NCBI RefSeq assembly: GCF_001194135.2
Contig: NC_068999.1
Location: 25,771,877-25,831,748 of the forward strand
Source of the DNA: Octopus bimaculoides
Taxonomy: Eukaryota
Reading direction: 5' to 3'
DNA: 59,872 nucleotides
The translations under genes were made by a program, and so were the position numbers. Shown here piece by piece: positions 35,955 to 50,286 of the stretch; the stretch's first letter is position 1, and every line of letters starts with the position of its first letter. The notes beneath the pieces were generated by a model. It was not told the origin of the DNA, did not search any database, and saw only the letters and a list, made by a program, of their open reading frames with translations.

Positions 35955-38900
35955 GTGACCTACATAGGTAGTAATTACTCCTATGTCTGTTCTTCTAGCT
36001 TGGATGACAATTATAAATAGTCAGACACACCACAGATAAGCAGACAGCCAGCCTGAGGCCAACGGGTCGCCAGACAGCAGTTATCTTATGCCAGTCAAGC
36101 AGCCAACAAAAAGTGACATATTCAGCATAAACGACAGGAGTGGCCGTGTGGTAAGTGGCTTGCTTACCAACCACATGGTTCAGTCCCACTGCATGGTGCC
36201 TTGGGCAAGTGTCTTCTACTATAGCCTTGGGCTGACCAAAGCCTTGTGAGTGGATTTAGTAGATGGAAACTGAAAGAAGCCCATCATATATATGTGTGTG
36301 TCTGTTTCCCCCCCCCCCACCACCACTATCACTTGACAACCTTTGCTGACGTGTTTACGTCCCCGTAACTTAGCGGTTCAGCAAAAGGGTCCAATGGAAT
36401 AAGTACTAGGCTGACAAAGAATAAGTTCTGGGGTCGGTTTGTTCAACTAAAGGCAGTGCTCCAGCATGGCCACAGTCAGATAGCTGAAACGAGTAAAAGA
36501 GTAACACAGCAGCAGAACATAAACAGACACGACCAAATGACCAACACACACGACCAAATGACCAACACACACACACTCAAAACATGCCCAGGTCTACTTC
36601 ATCACATTGACACAGTATTTCTCCTGTTCATTATTTACTTCGCCAACTCAAAGCAAGTTGGTAGCAGCTTTCCTTTTGTGTCCAACATGTAAATGCAAGT
36701 GTCAATCAAATAAATTATTTAGACCTCAATCCAATGCTTTCCTCATTGTTTTACTTTGATGTTGTCAACACGCCTATCTTCATCTGCTACATCAACAACA
36801 CCTTTTGCTACACATCTTGCTATATTTGGTAACCCTGATGAAGAATGACAACCTTCACATCACTAAGTCAGAACTGCAAAATTGTTGTGATTAGTCGTCA
36901 CAGTATGGGTCTTTTGGGACACAAACCAGCGGCGAACTCATCCACAGTCAACATGGTATTCCAGGCTGTGATTACACTGAGGATTCCACCATTCTGGACG
37001 CACAATCCTGCATTGTGGTTTCACCATATCGAAGCCCAGTTTTCTTTGAACTGAATAGCGAGTGATGCGTCTCGCCTTACACACGTGATCGGTTCCCTAT
37101 CGCCAGAGATCATTATGGCAACACCTGGTTCTGTGTCATACGACACATTCAAAACCACCCTGATCAACAGGACTTCAGAGTCCCAACAAAAGCGTCTCCA
37201 CCAGCTCCTTACATCAGAGGAATAAGGAGATAGAATGCCTTCCCAGCTTCTATGAAGAATGAAGCAGCTTCTTGGAGTTGAGATCCTCCTAAAAAAAATC
37301 TTTAAGCAACTTTTTCTCCAGTGTCTGCCCTCCAAGGCACAGGTAGTCCTTGCTTCCACAAGAGAATCCACTTCCACTGACGAACTAGCAGAGCTTGCAG
37401 ACAAAATCGCCAACGTATTACATAGATATTCGACTGTGATGCCAGCCGTCCCTCCCACAAACCCATTCCTTTCCTCGTCCAGTGGTTCCAAAATTTTGGA
37501 CTTGTGCTCATTGATGATGCAGCAGGCCCTGACAATACAGATACAACCCTTATTGCTTGGTATTGCCTGTCAAAACAGCAGCCAATTGCATCGATTTGGT
37601 AGGCAGTCCTGAAGCCCAAATGCCTCCCGTAATTTGCATCCCTCATCTACAGGACTTTTCTAGCTCGCTGCATAGAGCTTGCATCTTTTCAAAGATTGAT
37701 CTGATGCAAGCTTACAATTAAATCCCTGTAGAACCTGCAGATATTCCGAAGACTGCAGTCACGACACCTTTCGGAATATTTGCCTTTCAGTTTATGCAAC
37801 ACAGCACAGACGTTCCGTTTTAGAGACACAGTTGCCAGAGGTTTGCCTTTTGTCTATGCATACATAGATGACTTACTCGTGGCCAGTAGCTCAGACGAAG
37901 AGCATGAACAACACCTGCACCTGCTATTCTAATGCCTGCAGGAATATGATATTATCAACCCCAGCAAATGTTTGTTCGGAGTTGCGCCCCTTCATTTTAT
38001 TGGGCACATCATCGATAAGGATGGCATTCACCCACTTCCCGAGAAAGTCAAAGCCATCATAGATTTTCCACCACCAACATCTCTTCACAAACTACGGGAA
38101 TTTTTTGTCTCATGAATTTCTACGACAGATTTATACCCCCACTGTGCAGAGACAGCCCAACTGCTCATAGATTTGCTGCGACAGCAAACAAGCAAAAATA
38201 CAAACATTGCCCTGAGTGAAGAAGAACTTGCTTCTTTCGCTGACTTGTAAAAAGTGTTATCCAATGCTACCATGCTGGTGTATCCCAAACCAGATGCCAC
38301 ACTGTGTGTACTAGTTGATGCAGCCAATTCTGGAGTTGGAGGTATGCTCCAACAACTCACTGACGGTATATTTGGCAACCTGTATCCTTCTCCAAGTGCT
38401 TAAAACCTGCCAAGACTAAGTACAGTACCTTTGGTTGAGAATTATTGGCAGTGTATCTTGCTGTCAAGCATTTTCGACACATGCTAGAAGGTCGCGTTTT
38501 CTCTAACTACACCAACCATAAACCACTGGTTTATGCATTCAATGCATAAACCCAGAGAAGTCTGACATCTAGACTCCATAACACAGTATACAACAGACAT
38601 TTGCCACATCAAGGGTGCAAACAACTCTGCAGCTGATGAACAAGATGACTAAGAACTACTTCAGCTCTGGAACTCATCATCTCTGAAACTTCAGCAATCC
38701 CCAATACCCTCTGCTACAGGCTATATACAGTGCAACACCTCCACCAGTCATGGACGTCCATATATGCTGCAGAAACAAAGACATGACGTTTTCTCTGCTT
38801 TGCATTCTCTAAACATCCAGGTGTCCATGCCACACAAAAGCTGATATTGACTGTTTCATGTGGCCCAACATCAACAGGCACAGTCATGAATGGGCTAGGA

Positions 38901-41749
38901 CCTGTGTCCCATGCCAAAAAGCAAAGGTCCAACGGCATTAAATCTCCCTTCACTTCCTTTGCAACTCCTGATGCACGTTTTCAACATGTGCATATTGACA
39001 GCGTTGGACCCTTGCCTCCTTCCAACAACTGCACTTGCCTGTGTTGACAAACTTTGTCGCTGGCTGGAAGCTTCCCCCTTATCGGACACTTCCACGGAAA
39101 CTGTAATGTTTCACTGGGTTTTGCATTTCGGTACACCTGTGACGACTACCATTGAAAAAGGTTGTCAGTTCGATTCTCACCTTTTCACTGAGCTGACTTG
39201 TCTCCTCGGATATAAACACACCCGCATGACAGCTTATCACCCTGCAGCAAATGGTATGGTCGAACGTTTTCTCCACCAACTTAAGGCAGCTATAAAAGTG
39301 TATCCAGACTGCTCCAACTGGTTGGAATATCTTCCACTCATTCTCCTTGGTATGCAATCCATGGTTAAGGAGGGAGTTGGCCATGCTCTGGCTGAACTGG
39401 TCTATGGCATGGCACTCGCCTTACCTGGACAGATGATCAACCCCGTTTCACCACAGGTCTTTCCAGACCCAACAAGATAGGTTCACCGCTTACAGACATC
39501 TATATCGCATTTGTCCCCTGCAGGTCCCAGACAACAGAACATCACTTCGCATATCCGAAAAGACATCAATACTTAGACACATGTTTTCGTTAGAAACGAT
39601 GGAATATCTTCTCAACTTCGGCCACGATATTCCAGGCCTTACAAAGTAAGCCAAAATATTTTGTTCTTGATATTGGAGGAAAATGAAATTCTGTCTCTGT
39701 CAATCACTTAAAAAAGGCATTCATCAAAGAAGACTTACTTTCATTTCCTGCCGTTCCTCAAATGGACTCAACAATTTCAGCTTCACCCATCACAAACACC
39801 TCAGATTCTGCAAAACCCCAGCACACCAAATAGAGAAGAACAGTTCAATGGCCTGCAAGATTTGTTCAAATCTTTCGAGTAACTACAAACTCTTCGGTTA
39901 CTCATCATTTCAAATGAAATGTCCACTTCAACAAATAAAAACAAATTGGTTTTTTTTTTTTGGTTATGAACAATTTTGACATACATAACCCAAGTGACTC
40001 TGCATCACTCACATACAAACCAAAACACAACAAGGAACATTTTCATTATTTACATTCAACGGATATTTGTCCTCATCTTGTTTGTTGTTAACACAATGTT
40101 GCAGCTGATATACCCTCCAGCCTTCATCAGGTGTCTTGGGGAAATTTCGAACCTGGGTTATTCCTAAGGTATTTTTCGATGTTATCATTATTATTATTAT
40201 TATTGTTGTTGTTATTGTTCAGGTCAATGCTTGGAATCGAACTCGGAATTTTGGGGTAAGTAGCCCGCGCTCTTAACCACTACACCATAATAATAATAAC
40301 ATCGAAAAATACCTTAGGAATGAGAACCCAGGTTCGAAATTTCCCCAAAACACCTGATGAAGGCTGGACGGTATAACAACCGAAACGTGTTAACAACAAA
40401 CAATATGAGGACAAATATCCGTTGAATGTAAATAATGTACATCATTCCTCATCTCTCAAATATAGAAAAGAACATTTTGTATTAAAAAAAAACAACATTT
40501 TTCTGTATCAATGAAAAACATTTTTTATGAATATTGTTCTACTAATTGAACTGACTGAACATTTCATCAACAAACTTTTTGCATGAACTTTTTCATTTTT
40601 CTGTAAAATCACATTTTCTTCCATGCAAATATGTTTTGCTTCATACATCACACCCGTATGCTGACACACACTTGCACCACTCATATTTTCATGTCTTCTA
40701 TCATTTGCTCTCCTCACCACTGAAAAACAACTTACCTCTATTAGACCTAGTGAGTCACATAATCAATAGAGTTGCATATCTCTTTCAACGCACCAGCATA
40801 TTACATTTATGCTTCTGCCTTGGCATATACACATTGCCTAACATATATTGCACACACCAACTCTGAATGTTGATTTTTTTGCTTTACATTTTTTCCGTTT
40901 CTTTCACTTCACATGTTTTTGACATGTATTCATTAGTTTGTAAATGGCACTGTATCCATTTTCTGCATTACACACCAAATCACACATTTACAATATCACA
41001 CGCCTCTGTATCATTTGATCTCTTTGGCTTTCTCTTTGGAAGGGAGATAGTGTAAAAACTAACACTTCCTTTTTCCAAGCTGAGATTCGAAACCGAATCT
41101 AAGGATTCTCACCTGCCTGATCCACCACTGGCCGAACAGGTGCAAAAGAAATTTCTTTGTCCTGTCAAAAAGTGATGGATGGATTTCTGCTTGACCTCTA
41201 ACCTGAGCTGTGTCATTTAAGGTTCAAGTGGACAACAGGTGACCTACATATGTAGAAATTACTCCTATGGTATGTCTGTTCTTCTAGCTAAAATGATGAT
41301 TATAAATACAGTCAGACACATGACAGATGAGCAGACAGCCAGCCAGCAGGAGGCAAACGGTCGACAGACAGCAGTTAACTTGTGCCAGTCAAGCAGCCAA
41401 CAGAAAGCTACATATTCAGCATGAATGACAATACACAGTAGCAGTTGCAGAACATAAACTGACGCGACCAAATGACCAATGTACACACAGACACAAAACT
41501 TGCCCAGTTCTACCTCATCACATTGACACTATTTCTCCTGTTCATTTTTTTACTTCACCAACTCGAAGCAAGTTGGTATCATCATGTAGCAGCTTTCCTT
41601 GTGTGTCCAACACATAAATGCATGTGGCGATCAAATAAATTATTTAAACCACAATCTGATGCTTTCTTCATTGTTTTACTTTGATGTCATCAACACACCT
41701 ATCTTCATCTGCTATATCAGCAACACCTTTTGCTACACCTCCTACTACA
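35955..41749 (+). mobile_element. Near full-length decayed Ty3/Gypsy LTR retrotransposon with nested SINEs
   Basis: LTRs ~35955-36824 (SINE-interrupted) and ~41239-41749; PBS-like tggtaaccc 36827; gag; RT (AYIDDLLVAS); RNase H; integrase (HVHID.VGPLP, YHPAANGMVER). Confidence 0.9.
40044..40467 (-). mobile_element. Family A SINE (head 40288 to 40220, tail 40200 to 40044) with long inverted tail arm 40290-40467
   Basis: A box and perfect B box GAGTTCGATTCC on the minus strand. Hammerhead-like cores at 40090-40135 (-) and 40349-40391 (+). Confidence 0.8.
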
Positions 41750-41789
41750 TATGTATGCAAAATAAGAAGACACACTGTAGTAACCATTT

Positions 41790-44578
41790 ATTTCCCTCAA
41801 ATTTACTTTTATTATGTTTATACACAAAAAATAATAGGAAAAATATGCTGAAGAACCAAAGATGAGTGAGTTACAAAAATAAACGATTTACAAATTGATT
41901 TTATGTGCCTTCCTCTTTGCGAAATCTTGAATGATTTCATCAAAATTAATTTTATCTGCAAGGTCGCGCTCTATGGATAGTATTGCCAGATCAGTTAACC
42001 TTGTTTAACTTATTGCTGATGTGGTTCTTGATGAGCTTTAGTTTAGAAAAGGACTGTTTGCTGTTAGTAGCACTAATGGCACAAGTTAGGAAGACTCTTA
42101 AAAGTATTACAGTATTTAGCAGTGGATCAGTAAGATTTCATTTCTGAATAAACTGAAGAACTTGCAAAAGCCCTTCTATGTCTTCAATGTCAGCAGCTGC
42201 CAAATAATTTTGCAGTCTTACCCTTTCACCCAGAAAGCCTTCTCAATAATCTCATTAAAAGCATCTACATCACAATTACACTTTTTATCTAACAAATTGA
42301 ATGGTGTGAGAAAGGTGTATTTCTTTGTAACATCGTGAAGTCTTTTGAATCTAGTAGTTATTTCTTCAATCAGTCTCTCTATCACTGACAACATTTCTCT
42401 TAGTTCAGCATCGTCGCGGAAAGTGGCATTGATACTTTCTTCATAGTTCATTCTTTTCTTTTTGCAAATTTGACGCTCTGTGCTGATTCCCATATCAGAG
42501 CAAATCTCAGATGAATAGGCCAATGTGTCATGTACTGTTTTATCTCTGCTTACAAGTAGCAAAGTTTTCAAGGCTGATAGTTTAATGGCACATTGTTGCA
42601 ACTCCAGACCTTTTGTTTGGAGGTACATTTGAGTGTCATTAATTTCAGGAAGTATATCTCTCCAAAGGCCAAGAAATGACAAGAAAGAAAATGACAGCAT
42701 TGCCTGAAGAATTAAGCCTGCATCAGATCTCATAGTTGCATTTTCTTCATCTTTTATCAACCATTCTAGCACAGCAACAATTTCTGTGAATTTTGTATGT
42801 ATAACTTTCACTGCGTCTGCTTGACTATTCCATCTCGTTTCCCTAGCCCATTTGTTATTTGCACTAGTTATCTCAATCAAGATATCCCATTGATGAGTTG
42901 AGGCAGAGAAGAATGAAAATAAATGGTTCAATGTGCCAAAAAATGTCACTGAAGCTGCATGCACAGCTGCTAAATTCAGAGAGTGATTGGTACATGACAC
43001 AAATACAATCTTTGGATTAACTTCTGTGATGCACACTTGAACACCGGATCGATGACTTGCAATTACTGCCACGCTATCAAATGTTTGTCCACCACAGTCT
43101 TGGATGTTAATGTCATCCATTTCTAATTGTTTTAGAATCATTGATGTAATTTGCCTTCATCTCAATAAAACAAAGAAAGGATTCTTCTACTTTTACTTCC
43201 GTTTCCTCTATTTTAACAATGTAGCACCTGAGAAATTTGGTCAATATGAGAAATGTCTGGAGTACTATTAAAAATAATGCAATAATACTCTGTTTCACTT
43301 CATCGATAACTTTCTTTCTCACTTGATCTCCCAGGATGTTCACAAGGTTATTCTTAATTTTTGATAAGAGATAGGAAGTTGTAAACTTCTCAGTTTTTAC
43401 TTTCACCAAATTTTCCAATCAGTTGAACAAGCTCCAGAAAATTTCCTTTATTTTCATTTGCCTTCTCAACTTGATTGTCTTCTCTATGGCCTTGTAAAGC
43501 TAAGTTTTGCTTAGCAAGAAACCTAATTATGTCCAAGAATCTAGTCAGGATTTACTTCCATTTCTTTGTTTCATTTTCAACAAGAGTTTGTTGTTCTTTG
43601 TCTATTACCTTACCTTTGGAAAGGTGAATTTCTAGCTCTTTCCACTTCTCATGCACAAGGCTAGATCCATATTCTTGTATCTTAGCATTCAACTTCCACC
43701 AGGATTTGAAACCATCAACTGAGCAAAACTTTGAGTCTTTGCTTGAAAATAGCTTACAACAAAAACAAAACATAGCCTTTTTCGATGGAGAGTATATCAT
43801 CCAAGTTCTCAAGATTTTTTCCCCATTTTGTAAAGTTTGAGAGAAAACAGTTTCTTGACAGTCTTCTAATCTCCTCTTTCGGTTTTGTTATTTGTCCTGG
43901 ACGTACAACTTCTTTGAATTCGCAGTCAATATTTTGCACCGCCTTCGATCATTGCTGTACAAGGATTTCCCGAATACTATCACCATGATTAAACTTAGCA
44001 GGCCACATCCCAATGTCTTTCAAATTAATATTAGAGTTTTGTTCTTCAGTAGTTTGTGGTGGATTAGCATCATCAACTTCATCTATCTTCTCTTTAGTTG
44101 CACTTCATTAACATCATCTCCATGACCTTCTACAGTAGTACCAGTTTCATCTGGACAGCTGCGTCAGATGAGAAATAAAATTATGGCCCTTCATTTCGCC
44201 TTTTTTCTTCTTTTGTTTTCCTTTTTTTTTTTCAAAATACTGCACTGCTGTCCTTAATTTGCTTTATCTCAAATTATATCAGTGATGTTGTAAATTTATA
44301 TGAATAAAATCAAATAAAGTAGAGACCAACCAAGAAAAATAATCGACACACTGTCTTATCCAGTAACACACAATATTACTGTATTAACAATATTATACTG
44401 TATATTAACACACAATACAAGTTTGCTGATGATAAATTTAAATTTTAAGGAAATTTTAATAGCTACTATGCATTATTAAACTCTATAATATTTATACTGC
44501 ATTTTTATTAATGATATATTTATACAAATAAATTGTGCTGCCCGGGGTGAACCCCTGCCTCCCCTCTTCGTATGCTGC
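41790..44578 (-). mobile_element. hAT transposon (ZMYM1/DUF4371-like transposase), decayed
   Basis: TTF-type finger WMIYSPSKKAMFCFCCKLF, C.NHSLNLA and RW motifs in ORFs 43552-43812 and 42218-43141; GC-rich terminus near 44540-44578. Confidence 0.85.
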
Positions 44579-45299
44579 ACAATGTTAAAATCAAAAGAAA
44601 TATTGGAAAAACACAGTTTTAATAAGACCTGAAAGAATGAGTGGCCATGGGTAGAATGTCTTTAATCATTGGTCTGCTGAATTAATGCTGACCTTGGGCT
44701 TAATGATTTTAACAATTAGTGACAGACTTCTCCCTATAAACGAGGAATCCTCCATGGGTTTCTTGATTGGCTACAAATAGCAATCAAATCATTACTGTAA
44801 TGCCTTTAATCTTAGAAGTCTGCTGGATCTAATCATCATCAACAAATTAATGTTCTCCCCGGGTGGGAATTTATCTGTCTCCTGAGCTGATCAAATGACA
44901 ACCCATAGAATTCTACAGTAGCCATTGATGAGCTGTTTATCATCCATCTCAACGGATTCTGCAAACCATCTTATTTTTTGGTCATAGTATACTTTGGGCT
45001 ACATTTTCCAATAAATCCTTTTTTTATGCTCAAGTGTTACATGAGAGAGATTTTGTCTTAAAAAAGATGGGTTATGTATGGAGTGTCATGGTCATAGATA
45101 AAATGCTTTTGAAAGATGGAATGGTTGTAGTTGGAAAGCGTTTTGAACATTTATGCACGCACGTGTACATACAAATCCATGCATGTGCAAAAGAATCATG
45201 TTTTATCTTCACTTTTGAAAATTTTCTATTTTGGAGCCTAACCTACGGTATACCTGTGGTATGGAGGGTGCTAATGTGGGGAAATAAGATATGGTTCAC

Positions 45300-47570
45300 C
45301 TACCTTCTCGTCGGCTCTCCAGCTGTACTAAGTCCAAAACACATGCCCAACCTGTCGCACCTAATAATGTTAGCAGCTGCTACTACCAATCCTGCTAGCC
45401 TACTCTTCTGACATCCATTCACAGCAAGTGCACCAGGCCAAAAAGACAACCCTGGTCTTGCTTCCTTCACTTCCTCTTGCCCCCTTCCTGTCAGGTCAGG
45501 TCCCTTGACCATTGATGTCACAGCTCTTTCTTTCCAGCTCATCTCATACCCACATCTCTTCCTCTCCTCCAACTTTGTCATCTGATGAAGCGACAATTCT
45601 GCAAACATCCAAGACATGATGTGGCATTCCATTCACAGAAACATTATTTTTGGAATTAATAGCTATCGCTGTTCCACTGAGATGTGCAGCGTGTTTTCGG
45701 GAGCTTGACCCAGACTTCGTCTCCTACCTCCATGAAGACAGGCTCTCTCTCTCTCTCTTCTGCAGGGCATTCTGATGGTTTACTCAGATGCGGCCATTCA
45801 TATCTGAATATCACTCTGTGTGACACAGACTCTTCGACCTGTCCTGATCGGGACAACATATTGTAGCAGAATACTGCTTCCAGTGGTGAGATGCACCCCT
45901 TCTCTGCCATTCAGTCAATGTCTTTCCATGATCCCATTTCCACTTGGCCTGTATGCTACTCTGAAGAAGCGGCGCACATTCCACTTATCAAGCTTCTCCT
46001 TCAGTATCTCTGAATGAAATGCTGTGCCATTGTCCATCAGCAATCCATCCACAGCACCCCACTCCAGGAATATCTCGTTCAGGATATGTGTAATCTCATC
46101 TGCAGTGCCTGTCTTCATTTCATGGCCATCCAACCTAGGCCAGAGTCAACCATCGAGAGATACATCCTCTGCCGGTAATGTGTGACATCCACTGCTAATT
46201 GTCTCCAGTTGTGCTCTACCAAGATGTTTCCCTGCTCATGCACACCCAGAGCAGAGTTGATTGACACTGATCACAGTTCCCGACCACCTTTTGGATGCCC
46301 TGTCTAGTAACGTCAGCATCAACCCTCCTGGTAAGATACAGGTTCTGTCCACACCCATATGATGCATGGCATGCAATCTCCTTAGTTCCAAGTCACTTAA
46401 CCAGCACACTGCAGCTATTCCCTGCTTTGGATCTTCTGGCTCTGCCAACCAGGCTTTTTTCACCTTGACAGAATGTCCGTTTTGTCTTTCTGAAGGCACA
46501 AAGGCCATGCTCAGCTTCAAACCAAATTCGGCAGCTAACTCTCCTAGAACCTCTAGGTGGCACTTTACTAACATCTCTGCAGCCCCTTCGGTTCGAACCC
46601 TCTTTTTTTCAGTGATCACTGATTCTCCCAAGCCAAGCACAGTGGCCAAATTGCTTCAGATTTCGATGGAGTGCAGCTCCCATTTTAGGGCCAGATTCAC
46701 CCAACTTCAGGTCGACAATCATTGCCGCCCTCGCCATCTGTCTCCATTCGCACAGCATCTTGCTGCCCTTGTCATGTCTCCCTTCACACAGCGTCTTGCC
46801 ACCCTCATCATCTGTCTCCATTCACGCAGTATCTTGCCGCCCATGTGGTAGAATACATGGCCATTCATCTCTTGAAAGTCCAGTACCAGCCTGATTTTCC
46901 CCTTTGTTGACTGCACTACTGCCATTAGTGGCAGCACTTCACTCACCACCTCGTTCTTCCACGGGATAAGGACACCCTCCTTAATCCACCTATCTACCTC
47001 TCCTTCAAACTCACTCCTGGCATGTCCTTTGAAGGTATGCTGGTAGCAGCTCAGCCTGTTCTTCAGCATCAGGGGCTCCCCTTTCCAGTACCACTCTACT
47101 ATCCACCACTGATCGTTGAACACAGCCCAAAAATCTTTGTACAGTCACTCATGGAGCTCTGCTACCTCCTATGTTACAGACTCACGGCATATGACGTCCC
47201 TGCACCACCAAACGAAACTACATCTCCTTCAACGCTGACACCTCCAAGGCAGTTGATCGTGTCCATCACCACGCCAATTCCATCTACCGTATGGTCAATT
47301 ACAATTGCCTGCAGCCTCAGTGTTATGCCCTGCACTGCTATCTCCATGTTGCTGCTACCCTTGCATCTGTTGACCGCCCGATTGTATGGTAGTATCCTGA
47401 TGGGAAAAGAGAAACAGAACACCCTGGAACAACATTGCAAAAGACCATTGACAAAGAAATGGGATGAGAAAGGTGGAGAAGCTGGAATGAGAGCAGAACA
47501 GTGGCAGAAAATAGAGCTGGTTGGAGAGATTGTATTTGCAGCTTTATGTGCCTCATGCCACAGAGAGTAG
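45300..47570 (-). mobile_element. Decayed Ty3/Gypsy element (protease, partial RT, RNase H, integrase)
   Basis: VLPLMAVVQSTKGKIRLVLDF, FVPSE, LLMDNGTAF...AYRPSGNGIMER and EVGDEVWVK. LTRs were not resolved. Confidence 0.8.
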
Positions 47571-47848
47571 TAACTAACTAGTGACAGTCTTATCACTTCT
47601 TATGTTGTTTAGTTCCAGCTCAGCACTGATTAAGCTGATCTATAATCCAAAGTATTCCAACCATGATCATATTGTCTTTGTTGTATGTGCAGTGAAGCTA
47701 GGACCACATTATATTACATGTCCTTTTTTTAAGATGATGAGGTGTGAGATTTGGTGGCTATTTCTTGCAGGTCAACTGACCATATAGAGACTCTTTCATT
47801 GGTTAGTCTTTTGAGTCAATGTCCTTGATGATTTTAGTGCATACACCT

Positions 47849-47911
<63 letters not shown>

Positions 47912-48369
47912 TCTCATTCTGCTGAAAGTTTTGTCATTGAGAAAGGGCTCTTTGATTCAAATAGTCTCTTCACCTTCTTATGAACTTGCTGACACATCTC
48001 ATTTTTCTACCAACAAATCCAACCTTTAAGATGCCATCACAGCATCATTTGACCATTGTCTCATCTTCCACTACTTCAGTTCAGCAAATTAGTAAGAGCT
48101 CTTAGCAACAAATTAACTTCACCATTGGCCTATCTTTGACAGTTAAATGAAGGAATTGATATTATGCATGTCCTACATCTCTGTTACACCCTCAAGCCAC
48201 AAAATAGTTCACTAGTAGCTGCACTACTGTATGAAATTTGAGAAACTGCTTACAACTTATAGAAGAATTGTCCTCATTATCAGCTGGTGTGGCAGGGTGC
48301 AGAGTCTTGCTGCCACATGTATGGCCTCCCTACAGCTACCTAGTCAATACAGGGCTTCACCACCTTGCT

Positions 48370-49080
48370 TAGGACACAGATCTAGCCATCAGGGAAGAAG
48401 TGAAGTGGCATGACATCACCTTCACTGCTGACAACACCGAAGAACATGACTGTCGCTGGTAATTTTGTTTGCATGACTCCAGGCATGTCCTTGGGTGAGA
48501 CAGTGAGCCACCTGTTCTGGTAGTTGATCTTCTGGTCTTGACGGAAATTCTTCTCATTGGAGAACCACGACATGTCTGACTCCAATGGGTGTTTCAACTT
48601 GTTAATCAGCTTCTTGGTGTGCTTGAGTCACTTTTCCTGCATTTCCTTGGACAGAAATTGTCCCTTCCTCACCTTGTATGAAAAGTAGCAAATGTTCTCG
48701 TGCACCACCAGCCTGATGAGCTTTTCATCCGCACCTTTCTCCATTGCAATGGCATGCGTCAACTTTTTACGATCATTGTTGATGATCTCCTGGATTTCAG
48801 CTATAAATTCCAGCATTCTGATGGTATCAGATCATGGATTTACCTCTCTGTTGTCACCTCATAGTTGAATCCTGAATCTTCCAGATCCATTCTGAACTTT
48901 TCCACCATTCTTCTGCTGACATTGAGATAGTCTGAAATCTCCTTGTTTGTCCCTCCAGCAACTTCTTAAACATTCAACATCTTAAAAGTGACAAACATAA
49001 TTATATACAAACACCTCCTTTGTAACCCTGAACTATCTTTGTCTAGTAGAGACTACAGAGCCAGATCCACTGCAGACTAT
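48370..49080 (-). mobile_element. maT/DD37D transposase 5' fragment
   Basis: WFSNEKNF.QDQ...MQTKLPATVMFFGVVSSEGDVMPLHFF. Confidence 0.75.
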
Positions 49081-50286
49081 TCTTTTAGACTTCAGTTGCA
49101 CTTTGCCTTCGAAAAATATTGAGAAAAGGAAAATTCTTACTGGGCAGAAGTATCATTATCATCATCATCATCGTTTAACGTCCACTATCCATGCTAGCAT
49201 GGGTTGGACAATTTGACTGAGGACTGGTGGAACCCGAAGGCTACACCAGGCTCCAATCTGATTTGGCAGAGTTTCTACAGCTGGATGCCCTTCCTAACGC
49301 CAACCACTCCGAGAGTGTAGTAGGTGCTTTTACGTTTGTCACCTGCACGAAGGCCAGTCAGGCGATACTGGCAACGGCCATGCTCAAAATGGTGTATTTT
49401 ATGTACCACCAGCACAAGAGCCAGTCCAGGGGCACATCAAAATTGCCTGTTTATGAGTTCTACCTATTACATGTAATTTTAACCATTTGTGTCAGCAAAT
49501 ATATTACAGACTTTCTCCAGCCTCTACACCGACAACTTTCATATTCCTTTGTGCTTGTTTATATTTCATATTCTTCATTTTCTACATTTACTTATCACAC
49601 ACTCTCCTATGCATTTAAGGTTATTCTCCACTATCTTAACTTATACATGCAGACTTTCAAATGTAATCTCACCACCTTCCCACAAACTAGGTTTCTGAGT
49701 CCCTATCTTTTAAACAGTATTAAAGCATACACTACTTACTTATCAAGAAAACATATCTTCAACTATACATCTTTACTGCTCAACAACATTCACCTAAAAC
49801 CATACTGTAAACATTAGGCTTTAGAATTCCTAACTTTGCGAGAGAACCCCACATACATCACATGACTATGACTGCATCACTCCTTCTCAGAACCAGAAAA
49901 TACTTTGGCTCGGCAGTTGCTCACTCTATATTTAGACGTTATTATATCCTCGATTTGCCTAATAGAGAAGAATCCCCAACATCTTTCAATCACTGGCCCA
50001 ATAATGATCTGTGATATTCTCTTACCTTTTGAGTACTCTTTGTTATTCCATAATCAATCTACCCTCTCAAACACTTTTCTTTCACAGTCTTTCTTTCACA
50101 TAACTGCATCCCTTAAATTTCTCCTCCAACAGCCAATCTACAGAAGCAGCTATATTGACTTGACTAAATTATCATTTTCCCCAATTTAGAATGTGCTGAA
50201 AGAGCTACACTTCCTCCCCCAAATTAAGAAAACCTTCAGTCATGCCATCTAAACTGGTTTATTATCATCTTTAAAAGATTGATGTA

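Noticed and set aside
42218-43141. 307-aa ORF as a ZMYM1-like host gene
   Set aside because: It is an intronless fragment of a frameshifted hAT transposase within an intron.
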